Made by a program: the position numbers and the translations under genes
NCBI GenBank assembly: GCA_032718475.1
Contig: JAUCBJ010003294.1
Span: 1-33,737 of the forward strand
Source: Nemertoderma westbladi
Lineage: Eukaryota; Animalia; Xenacoelomorpha
Direction: 5' to 3'
Length of the DNA stretch: 33,737 bases
Part shown: piece by piece, positions 10,879 to 20,987 of the stretch
How the letters are laid out: every line of letters begins with the position of its first letter
How positions within the stretch are numbered: the first letter of the stretch is position 1
Notes under the pieces: model-generated
The model's database searches: none
What the model saw: the letters and a program-made list of their open reading frames with translations, nothing else
What the model was told of the DNA's origin: nothing

Positions 10879-12272
10879 TGTTCGCGCTTTTAGACCTTTA
10901 GCAGTTTAACCTGCCAAATTTAGGTGTCTTTTAGGTTATAAATCGACTTTAGCCTATGACAAGTGTTTGATACACATAAAACTACATTAGCCGAAGCCAG
11001 CCTATGCGCGACCATTCACCCACTGGATTTACCCGGGAGACTGGATTCGGAAGCTCTGACCTTATTGCGGTGTAGGCCTACTGTACTATTCGAGTGATCG
11101 TTAATATATAATCTCTGACAAATATTATTCACTTTCGGGAAATATTAACAGTTCCTTTAGGACGTGGCGCTCTAAGTATGTAAACAGAGTTATGACTTAC
11201 ACTAAACACAACGGGATGGCTATTGATTCACGTATATATTGTATATTGTATTTATTCCAAGCCACGGGGGCCCATAGTAAAATAGTAGATACATAAACAA
11301 AAAGGACATAAACAAAAAGGACATAAACAAACAAATACTTTACAAACAAATACTTTACAAAATACATACATAGCACACTAGTAATTAATAATAAACACCG
11401 AAACTCTAATAGCAATTACGTAGTTAAACGAAAAAGGCTAGTGCTGGTGCAAACTGGTATAAAGCGCATTCTTTAGGAGATGCTTTGTTATCTGTCACAG
11501 TCATGCACACTACCGCACAATGCTGCACACTGATCTGCCGACCTTCACTAAATTTGATCATATATAAGGAGAACAGCAACGGACACATGTAGGGCCTATG
11601 AAATAGCATTCAATTCACTCAAAAACCACTATAATGTAAGTCGCAATTGCTATATGTAACCGGTCTCTCTAACCTTCAGTATATCAAGAAGATTGGGTTT
11701 TCTGATTATTTATCGACATTCTCCAAATATAACAATATTCCATCAACTGATACAATTAATAACCGACAGTAAATAGCAGTAAAATAATGCGGTGAAAGGT
11801 ACGTATAGTTATGATATGATAAGTGGTAGATAGAATAACAGTTATACATTTCTATGATCAAAGCCGTTCTAATGTTTGGCTAAAGTCTGAAACACAGAAT
11901 AATTCCACAGCCGGTGTTCTAGGCTTAGGAAAAATACACACTGACTGAATTGCGTGAGTTTCTGTATGCACTGTCCAACACAGAGTGAAAACCGCTCTGA
12001 TTGGTCGAGCCGAACAAAGAAAGCCAAAAGCTGCACGTCGACATCTCAGCTGATAGATGTCGTCATCTGAAATACACTGTATTAAGAGTATTTTGGTGCA
12101 TTGCGGCATAAAATTGCTAGTTATGTCCGCTAAAGTACACATACAGAAGAAATGGCTTTTTATGTCCACTAAAACACCTGTACAGTAAGGAAACGGCTTT
12201 TTATGTCCGCTAAAACACCTACAGAGTACTTTGCGGGGAAAATAACCAGCTAATTCCGCAAAAGCCTTTACA
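10879..12272 (-). repeat. 3' LTR (1169 bp plus a 225-bp nested insertion)
   Basis: Direct repeat of 22599-23767 with about 13 small differences by manual count. Confidence 0.96.
11237..11456 (-). mobile_element. 220-bp 5'-truncated non-LTR retroposon 3' end inserted in the 3' LTR
   Basis: Absent from the 5' LTR; flanked by a GTATA duplication (11232-11236 and 11457-11461). The minus strand ends GGAATAAA-TACAATA-TACAATA (polyA signal plus short tandem tail) and contains internal 17-18-bp tandem duplications. Confidence 0.8.
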
Positions 12273-12499
12273 CGCTGCCAGAAAATGGGATTTAATTCTA
12301 TAAAATATAAAAAATCACAGTTTCTAAAATATAAAAATACTCTAAACAGTTAGTCTTTCTTGCGAGGACGGCATTTATGCAGTTTTTTGAGACTAGCAAG
12401 AGTCCTTTTCTCTTTGGGGCGAGCCACCTTACTAGGAGGGCTATAACTCCTGGGTGAAGGGTGCAATACAATTGCATAGGAAGGTTTAGGATTACGGTC

Positions 12500-13898
12500 G
12501 GTTTATCCGCCGGTCGAGGTACCTGGTTGATCTATATCAACCTCAGTGGAACGCGGTCGAACAACCTGGAGAGCGCATTTTAAGACAGCAGCTCTTATTG
12601 GTCCCTGACGGGTCGTTTGCACGAAAGCGGTAGGTGGACCGTGTGTAGTAAGAAATTTCCTCGGTTTGATGATTCTTTTCAACTCGCGTTCTCGGGCTCT
12701 ATCGGAATCGATATGCTTCTCCTCGAGCTGATTTTCCTCCGCTTGTCATTGAAAGCATTCGTCCAAAACTCTTGCAGAAAGTAGAATCGTCCAAGTTCGA
12801 TATCTTCTTAGAGATTCCGGATTTCCTGATCGAACTGAGATAAAGCTAATTTGTTTACCGCTTGGACTTGCATATACTTACATTTCTCTAAACAATTATA
12901 GGTTCCTTTTCCGATCTTTTGACGAATAGTGTCCAACGCGTTTCGTACAACTCTCTCCTCCGCCTCGGTGACAGGTTGTATCGGGTTAAACTGGGACGAT
13001 GATACGGTTAAATGGCGATATTAGATGTCCGTGTCTCAATCCGGCTAGGTAAGATGGGCGAATATCTAGGGAGCCCACAACCGGAGTGCCACCGACTAAC
13101 CGTTCGGGTAACACTAGATCTTTGAACAGTGAGTACAGTTCGGGAGGATCCGTGATACTATTAGGATCAAGAGTCTGAGGTCTAACTAGGGAATGAGGAG
13201 GTCTGACCGAGTATTCCGGAACTCTGATCATAGGTTTATTTAAGGATCGTTTGAATCGAACGAGCGTAGGTGATACATCGAACAAGTTTCGCTCGAAACT
13301 CCCATAAATATATCGAGTAAAACCGTGTTTAAAGCAATGTCTCCGCGGATGTTTATGTCTTTCCGTTTGTTGGTTGAGTCTTGGGCATTCATCGCAATAA
13401 TACCAAAGACGCACGTCTTGTAGGGGAAATGCGGGTGATATTTATTCGGTTTTACAATGTTTCTCTCAAGAATTCCAAATATACGTTGGAGTTACCGTGT
13501 TTATCCGGTTCTTTAACGTCTTCTCTTTCGAGTCGATTTCGAATAGAATTTTCGCATTCGATTTTAAGTTTATTGTTCCGACTCCGCTGGGTAGGATATT
13601 TAAATAGTACCATTTCCCTTTCAGTGTCGACATAGTCCGTATCGTGTAAATCGATAGGATGGCCAGTAGTTAAGAAGTCCATATACGTACCATTACGATG
13701 CGTATAGCGAGCGGTGAATTTTCTATAGTCCAATTCACGCGTAAGTTGCTACTGGGACATCGGCGGTTCGATATAACGACCATCGTCCTCCGTAGTAGTT
13801 GGACTAGCGTCGCCGCGTATCAAGCTATCAACAAACGCTTGTAAAGGTAGAGTATATCGCTCCCTGATACCAAGATAATCTTCTCTAAACTCAGTCAT
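12500..13898 (-). pseudogene. ORF-like cargo of unknown function between the pol remnant and the 3' LTR
   Basis: An ATG at 13898 opens a frame to 13452 with one internal TAG (13749-13751; GAG in the sister copy). A second frame at 13414-12986 is Cys/His-rich at its start. A further semi-open frame follows. Homologous to 20-1180. Confidence 0.55.
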
Positions 13899-14719
13899 AG
13901 CTGCTATATGAGTTTATCAATATCATAATGAGTTTATAATTAGGCTAGCGGGCGTCGCTGCCTACCCCTCACGGCCCCCGGACAGCGCAAGATCCTCAGC
14001 ACTGATGCACTGCCGCCGCTGTGCTTATCGCCAACATAGTAGCTGCACAACGACAATAACAACCAGCGCGAGTCACTCCACTGTCCGTCCCAAGGGCTAA
14101 GATTTACTTCAGGTTATTACTGCAGAGTTAGGGCTACTTTCACAATTGCGACTCGATACTGTAAACACACTTTAGTAGTAACATTTTCACCTATAAACGC
14201 ACAAATTCCACACAACTGTCACAAACCGCACACATTCGGGCCATTTGTCCGTTAGTCAAGTGCCTTCCAGAATGCCACGTTATTATTGGGTATCCTTGGA
14301 TACTAGCAGTGTGCTATTTATTCCTTATGCTATTCAATGGGGCAAGCCTTTATTGTGCTTTTAACTCACTTCTAATTCTAGCGTGGTTGTTGCCATGGTG
14401 ACATTATGGAAAGCTAGCGGTAGAATTAGGGTAATTCCCATCCATACAGATCTGGGATGCTATTTAATAGTAATTCTTTTAATTGTCAATATCTCCCTTA
14501 TACATGATTTTATGAATTTTATCGGCTATTGACTATATATTGGAGATTCTCGCACACTAATACACTTAATAGGGTGAATCTCCGCTCCCATGATCTATTA
14601 ATTAATGGAATTTTGGGAATGTTACAAATTGTATAAAAATGACAATTTATCAAATTCATTAAAAGAGATGAATTTAAATTTATTCCCGTAAATTTTATTA
14701 TTTAATATTAAAATAGACA

Positions 14720-15080
14720 CAATTTTATTCCAGAACATGTCTGGGGACTGGGATCCTTAATTCTAGGAAATTTGTCCTTTTAAGAGTATCGGTAAGTGCT
14801 ACGATATCTTAATAGACTAGAATTTTAAAGGATCTAAAATTTTACAGATTTTCATTTATAGAATTTCTAGAGTTAACTTGTAAGTAGTTACTCTATTGTA
14901 TTTATTTGACAGATTTTACAAATATTAATAGTTAATATTTAAGATGGGCACCGGTTTATTCCAGAACTTGTCTGGGGACGTTAACCACTGATTCTAGAAT
15001 TTTGTCTTTCAAGTATATCGGTGGGTGCCGCGATATCTTAATCGACTAGAATTACAGATGGTCAAAGGGTTTAACAGATT
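14720..15080. repeat. Diverged tandem duplication, period about 231 bp, inside the element
   Basis: TTTATTCCAGAAC(A/T)TGTCTGGGGAC..TTCTAG..TATCGGT..CGATATCTTAAT.GACTAGAATT occurs at about 14724 and 14955. Confidence 0.8.
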
Positions 15081-15606
15081 TATTTTGCGTTTTACGCTAC
15101 TGTTAAAGGGACATCACGCTACTATATGTATTATATAATATATGGTATGAGAGCAATATCGCAAGAAGCAATGTCAGTGAGAAGAGGCAAGTCATTTCCA
15201 AGGTCTACCCAGAGCTTGGTTTAGCCGAGACACGAGGATCTGAATTTTGCATTCCTAATACTCTACTTACCAATAATACTTGAATATAGTAGGAGCTTTA
15301 TTGTACTTTAATAAGTACGGACATTTCATCTTACTGTAGTCACGTATTTATAATGTAATACGGGCAGTAAGGAAAGATAAAAAGAATTATTTCTCGCCGT
15401 CGCACTAAATATATAATATATAAGTAATTAAGTAATAAACACTAATATATATTGCACTAATCTACTAAATATTCACTAAAATAACATTCTACTAAATAAA
15501 ATTAAAGAAAACGATTATAATAAAATTACATAATAATACATACATAAATATAAAACAATAAAAACAAATATAAAATAATATAGTCACACACCCACTCCAG
15601 ACGCTG

Positions 15607-16929
15607 TTATGTTGGGGAGTCCCTAGATGTTTGTTGGATTAAGGAGGTGGTCGTGGGAAGAGTATCTTGCCTTCCATAGTTTCCGGACAGTTCTCGGTCT
15701 CTTTCCAGTAAACATAAACGACCAACTGGGAGATTGAGTTGTTGTGTTTCGAATACAATTCCAGGTTTCCTCTTCATCCTGGAATAGTGACGATAGAAAC
15801 ATCGCTTCAAATACACGATGGCCTTACAAAGCCGATTCCAGGATCTATAGTGGTCCATCGTTCCCGGCAGGAGAGGTGAGAGTCCCGACGAGACGTCTGG
15901 TGTTCCAGATCTCCAGTCTCTCTCTCTGATCTCCACAACAGATCGGTTCGCGGTGGGGGAGTTTAGATCCACAGCGTCGTCCCTGGCAATGTGTAGTACA
16001 GACAGATCTATCACGGATTTAAATAACCTTGATTTACTCGTCCGGGTTTTAGGTTTGACTTTCTCCGCTCCCTTGGCTTGTCTAATCTCAGCCGTGGTAA
16101 GATGGGGAGGCCATTCATCTTCTTTACTTAGGAAGTCGGGTCCACCTAACCCGTCTGGAGTATCTGTCAGTTCTTGAGGAGTTGCTCCTCTGGAAGCGAT
16201 GTCGGCTAGATTAATCGTCTCGGGGCAATGTCTCCATTGATCTACATTAGAGTTAATATCGTCATTATCTGAGGAGTATGGTGTTCCCTCAGTTGTGGTC
16301 GTCTCTCCCTCACTGATGTCTTCTTCCCATTCACTCTCCTGATGGACCCGATCTTTGGGTAGCCTTTCCATGAGTGTCCTACGGGAAGGTCCAGTGAGGT
16401 ACCAACCTACTCTTGTTCTTCCCGCATAGGTTTGCAATGGTTGCGGTCGAGCAGGCCGTTTCTCTAATGTCTCAAGCGCCTCATGCGCATTTTGGCCGAT
16501 GAGTATCTGTACCCCTGGGTAGTCGGTGTTGAATCTAGGTATCTCATGCTGCTGGGTGAAATCGTCTTCATCCCAGTTATAAGGTTCCACTTGGCTGGTA
16601 GCGAAGTTCTTTATCGCCACCATTTTTACTGACCTTATACTGTGTTCTCCTAGTTCATCCTGGGGGGTGGACAACGCGCCTACATAGTAGTCTGTAGCTA
16701 CTGTAGATTTCCAAACCTGCATAATTCCTGAAAGGTTCAACTTAGTTCGGAACTTGGGTTGTCCAACAAAGATCTCTTCGGCTAGTTCTTTGTCGATGAA
16801 TGTTCCTGTGCTGCCGTAGTCAAGGAGGGCGTTCACTATATAGCTCCCTTTTAACCCGTTGACTCTCAACTGCACTACGGGAAATTCTCGGATCCCTACG
16901 TTGGAAGTTGGCGCTTTCCAAGATGGTTG
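15607..16929 (-). pseudogene. BEL/Pao aspartic protease fused in frame to an RNase H C-terminal remnant (RT, RNase H core and integrase missing)
   Basis: VNALLDYGSTGTF (catalytic Asp codon 16819-16821), VQILIG, RTRVGWYLTGP, then directly QWRHCPETINLADIASRG..GPDFL..EWP and YRSWNRLCKAIVYLKR. Confidence 0.88.
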
Positions 16930-17154
16930 TCAGTCAGGAACAGTTAGGGGGAGCCCACTATCGGTTTCAGTCTCATACGCAAGTGCTCGATACACTGCGG
17001 TGTTTATGAGGTAACAAGATTCGTTTTCGTCGGAGAATTCATCCGTATAGAATCCTTCCATCTCAGAACTTTGATCAGTGTCGTTCACATCACTGAATTG
17101 GACATGTAGTTCGGACTCACTTACCTGACTCGGGCTGTTTCTTTCGAATTCAGT

Positions 17155-17349
17155 GTGCAACAAGATATGATGTTTTGCGCCGCACTTAGCACACCTTGCG
17201 TCGGAGTAACAGGTTCGTCGTTGGTGTCCTCATCTGAGGCAATTATAACACAACCGCTTATCCCACATGACTTCACGTCTATCTTTTAATGATTTCCTCA
17301 GGAATTCATCACACGCACTTAAACAGTGGGGCCCGTCGCACAACACACA
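17155..17349 (-). pseudogene. BEL/Pao triple Cys-His nucleocapsid cluster, in frame with gag but beyond premature stops
   Basis: CVLCDGPHCLSAC..LCYNCLR*GHQRRTC..RCAKCGAKHHILLH; TGA at 17230-17232. Confidence 0.9.
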
Positions 17350-17736
17350 TTTTGGTTTGATGTTACTTACCTTACTTTGGATAACGTTGTGCACACTCGT
17401 TCTTTCCTCGTGCTTTCTTCCATGAATTCTCTTAGGAGACGTAGGAGGAGTTTTTCTTACCTGTTCTCTCCTGTCATTGGTTCAAGACTTGAATTTACTT
17501 ACGTCCTTAGGCGCTTTGTTGCCATAGTAAGATCTTTCAGTGTCATTCCCGCTGTCTTCCTCTTGAGAAGCCTGGCTTTCGCCGTCGTCTGTATAACACA
17601 CTGGTATTACCTTTCTCCTAGAAACGGGTTTCTCACTTACCTTATTTTCCGGTGTCTTCTCTCTGGACTGCTTTAGGAGCTGTAATTTTACCTCTCCATC
17701 TAAGAATGACATGAGATCAGCCATGGTAGGATCTCT

Positions 17737-20598
17737 TCATTGTTGTTCCATCATATATAACACTTTCTTGTCCCAGCGTGTACCTACTCCGCCCTTGGGC
17801 AAATTAGATGCTAAGGCTCCTACAACCATAGAATTCTGGTATTCATGAGACTTACCTAACCAATCTAGTTGTCTACAGATCTCCTGAATCTCGTCGGAAA
17901 ACTCTATAATCCCGCTGCTAAGAAACTTTTGGGGCGCTACCAATTTGGCATATAAATACCTAGCTATGTTATTCCTGTTACCATACCTGATGTTTAGTGT
18001 ATCCCAAACTTGTCTTAATCCATCTGGATGTCCAATAAACTTTAACGCCATTAACTTGGGAGATCCTTCCAAGCACTCGATGAGGAATCTAAGTTTCTCT
18101 CCATTAGATAGCACAGAGTTCTGTATGTTATCTTTATAATATTCATTAAAAGGTAACCATTTCATCTCATCTCCATTGAACTTGACGATCTCTCCCACCT
18201 TTACTGCTTGACGGGCTTCGGTTCTAGCCATTTGACGCGTAAAACTTTCTTGGGCCATCGTGTTATTTAATATCGAGTTATCGGTATATAAATTTCTCGG
18301 ATTATGATCAGGTCTATATGGAATATCATCGTCAACAGGTTTATAATTACCCTTAATAGGGTTTACTATAGGAGTTTCTACTTCACTAGCAGTATAGATG
18401 CGTGTAGGCTCCACACCTTGCGCATGAAATACTTCAGACCTAACAGGTTGACACATTGTTACCGGGGTTGGTGGTATACCCCTTTGGGTATTTACTAATT
18501 TATCGCGTTCTAACGCGTTACTCTGCTGCACTTCTTGCAACTCTAACCTACTTTCCCTTACTGTGCCCTTGAACTGTTGAACAGTCTCCTGCATCTGCCC
18601 GAGCAGGAGATCCATCCACCGCCGTCTCTCATCCACCCACTCAACCGCCGAAGCGGGAGCCGCCAACATAGTAGCGGGTGGACGGGGGACAACGGGCGAC
18701 AAATCATTGATATTTCGCTCGGAGTCCAGGACAGGAACTGTCTCATGGGCTGTTCTGCGGGGCACAGGTAGTTTAGTGCTATGCAAAGGGAATTTAGAGG
18801 TAGGTTCTGGGAGTACAGGTGTCTCTATCACCGAAGGGGTGGCTTCGAGAACAGGCCTAATTATTTCAGGCTCATCTACTATAGTAGGGAGTCTTGCTGC
18901 CCTAATAATTTGGTCTGTGGGTTCTGTACTACCTAAGTCAGTACTAGCTAGTTGCCTTCTAACAGCTGGGGGCAAATCAGGCAATTTCTGAAGGTGGGGC
19001 ATTCTTCTACGCCTGCTTAGACGAGATCTATTTCCTCCGCCTTCAGGATCGGTGGTATCGCCTTCATCAGATGATGTAAATCCCTGCCTTTTGGGAGTAG
19101 ATCGACTTATCATCTGCATTTGACTAGCTGTTAACTGTTTATTTATGCAGTCTTGCTTCTCTTGAAGATTTTCCAACTCTAGTTGCGTGGTCTCTTCAGA
19201 TGCTCTCCGTTCTGCTTCTGCCTCTGCCTCTGCCGCTTTTCTTTCCGCTTCTGCCGCTGCTACCTTTCTTTCCGCTTCTGCCTCTTTTCTTTCCGCTTCT
19301 GCCGCTGCCATTGCCGCTTTCCTTTCTGCTTCTGCCGCTTTTCTTTCAGCCTCTGCCTCTGCCGCTGCCTCTGCCGCTGCCGCTTTTCTTTCAACTTCTG
19401 CCGCTGCCGCTGCTGCTGTCTTACTGTCTTCTATACGTTTTTTCTTTACTTGTTCTTCTTGGACTCTTGTGATGCGGAGTTGTTCATCAAATTTAGCTTG
19501 ATTCGCAGCTCTCATATCCACATCAATTGCGTCCAACACAAGCTTGGCTCCTTCACTATTAGGACTAAGTCCTTCTAGCCTTCTCCTCAACTCTTCATCA
19601 CCTAAAAAACGTTGATAGTCTGACAGATAGATGTCAATGGCATCCCTCTTATGCGGCTTCTCTGCTGTCGCTTCACTTTCCACTTGGGAAAAGGTAGCGT
19701 CTGTGGATTCTCCATGGGTTGAGCGCTCCTCCAGCTGAGCTTTCCACTGAGCCGTTCCTTGAACCTGGAGACTCACCCGTTGAAACCAAGTCTTTACGGC
19801 AACTTGCAACGACGTGTCTTGTCTTCTTTTAGAAGCCTCCTCAAAGGCCGATAATATTAGCCTGATTCGTAGAATTCTTTCTCTAACTTGATAAAGCAGT
19901 TGTCCCTGCTCTTGAGGTCCTTGGGGTTGTTGAAACAGTTGTTCTTTTAATCGCTCCATAGAGCTGAAGAATCCCTGTGCGTATCTGGCTGCGGACCTCT
20001 TCCACACAGCTGGATCGATGGTTTCCTTGGCTACTCCCATCCGGTGTATGTCTTCCCAGGCAGCTTCTGATAAATCAAACGGGAGTCTGGGTCCGGGGAA
20101 GTTCCATTGCGACTCAACAATAGACTTCAGTTCCTCCCTTGTGTATCCCGCATAACTGTCCTTGGTCGATCGCTTACTTCTCGCCCAATCAATTTGGTGT
20201 TCCTCCACCGCAATCAATACCCTAGTGAGTACGGCTGCAGGAAGAATGAGAAGGGGATCCGAATAAACCGCATCTGCCATCTTTGCTCCGCGCTCGGGTG
20301 TCAGCTCTACAGTATCCGAACTACTGGAGCTATCGGGCCGCTGAGAAATAAGTTCTCGGCTAGGGTGTTGCTGCTGTTTGACAGCTGCTTCTTGACCCCG
20401 CTTGACTTGAGCCCGAGTGCCTATGATAGACCTACGGTATTGGACTAGCCTAGGGTCTGATACTACTACTGGAGAGATGATCTTTCTTACAGTAGGAGGT
20501 GAGTTGAACTTCGGTCTCAAACGTTCAGCACTCCTATCTGGGTCACAGATGGTTGTATCTAGGAGACTGTCTGACAGGTTTTGCTTTGTGTCAGACAT
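17737..20598 (-). CDS. gag: BEL/Pao Gag-like protein, 953 aa, with a long N-terminal extension and a DUF1759-like capsid region
   Basis: KFNGDEMKWLPF..LSNGEKLRFLIECLEG..VWDTLNIRYG at about 18189-17980. The frame continues through TGA stops into the zinc knuckles and protease. Confidence 0.9.
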   Translation of the reverse strand: MSDTKQNLSDSLLDTTICDPDRSAERLRPKFNSPPTVRKIISPVVVSDPRLVQYRRSIIGTRAQVKRGQEAAVKQQQHPSRELISQRPDSSSSSDTVELTPERGAKMADAVYSDPLLILPAAVLTRVLIAVEEHQIDWARSKRSTKDSYAGYTREELKSIVESQWNFPGPRLPFDLSEAAWEDIHRMGVAKETIDPAVWKRSAARYAQGFFSSMERLKEQLFQQPQGPQEQGQLLYQVRERILRIRLILSAFEEASKRRQDTSLQVAVKTWFQRVSLQVQGTAQWKAQLEERSTHGESTDATFSQVESEATAEKPHKRDAIDIYLSDYQRFLGDEELRRRLEGLSPNSEGAKLVLDAIDVDMRAANQAKFDEQLRITRVQEEQVKKKRIEDSKTAAAAAAEVERKAAAAEAAAEAEAERKAAEAERKAAMAAAEAERKEAEAERKVAAAEAERKAAEAEAEAERRASEETTQLELENLQEKQDCINKQLTASQMQMISRSTPKRQGFTSSDEGDTTDPEGGGNRSRLSRRRRMPHLQKLPDLPPAVRRQLASTDLGSTEPTDQIIRAARLPTIVDEPEIIRPVLEATPSVIETPVLPEPTSKFPLHSTKLPVPRRTAHETVPVLDSERNINDLSPVVPRPPATMLAAPASAVEWVDERRRWMDLLLGQMQETVQQFKGTVRESRLELQEVQQSNALERDKLVNTQRGIPPTPVTMCQPVRSEVFHAQGVEPTRIYTASEVETPIVNPIKGNYKPVDDDIPYRPDHNPRNLYTDNSILNNTMAQESFTRQMARTEARQAVKVGEIVKFNGDEMKWLPFNEYYKDNIQNSVLSNGEKLRFLIECLEGSPKLMALKFIGHPDGLRQVWDTLNIRYGNRNNIARYLYAKLVAPQKFLSSGIIEFSDEIQEICRQLDWLGKSHEYQNSMVVGALASNLPKGGVGTRWDKKVLYMMEQQ
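19200..19420 (-). repeat. Coding minisatellite (AEAERKAA-like repeats), predicted coiled coil or charged single helix in Gag
   Basis: Repeated GCAGAAGCGGAAAGAAAA-type units; explains the low-complexity shadow ORFs on the + strand. Confidence 0.9.
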
Positions 20599-20736
20599 AT
20601 TTGTTTGTACAGTTGAATGACAACTGCTATATTACAGTTAAAGCAAGTCTAGTAATTCAGTATCAACTGTTAAGCCTATTAATTAATTACTGATATCGTT
20701 ACTCAGTGTAACGTGATATATATACACAATATATTA

Positions 20737-20987
20737 GAATACCGGTATACACTTATAGTATATATATAAGTATTATTACAGACTAGGTTTATCACAGAAT
20801 ACCGGTATATAATTTCAGCACAAATATATATAAATATATAATAAGCCTATCGTGAATACCGGTATACAACTTACACTTATAATATATAAGTATAATTATA
20901 AACTAGAATTAATTACAGAATACCGGTATATAATTTCAGCTTAAATTTATAGAATAAATATAATAAGCCTATTGTAAATACCGGTAT
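20737..20987. repeat. Array of five ATACCGGTAT palindromes in the leader, organised as an approximately 120-bp dimer repeat
   Basis: Copies start at 20739, 20799, 20856, 20920 and 20978; spacers 1/3 and 2/4 resemble each other. Confidence 0.9.

Noticed and set aside
1-13917. Giant terminal inverted repeats of a Polinton/Maverick or foldback element
   Set aside because: The inverted similarity is explained by two separate LTR elements, each with its own TG..CA LTR. No polB, integrase, ATPase or capsid genes lie between them.
16930-17739. Selenocysteine or alternative genetic code explaining the TGA codons
   Set aside because: The TGAs do not fall at conserved Cys or Trp positions (e.g. CLR*GH), TGG is used for Trp throughout, and I could not identify a SECIS element.
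19183-19578. Three + strand ORFs rich in Cys/Phe, Ala/Ser or Leu/Pro
   Set aside because: Antisense shadows of the AEAERK coding repeat in gag.
20737-20987. CRISPR-like regularly spaced palindromic repeats
   Set aside because: The repeat is only about 10-13 bp, alternate spacers are copies of one another, there are no cas genes, and the context is a eukaryotic retrotransposon leader.
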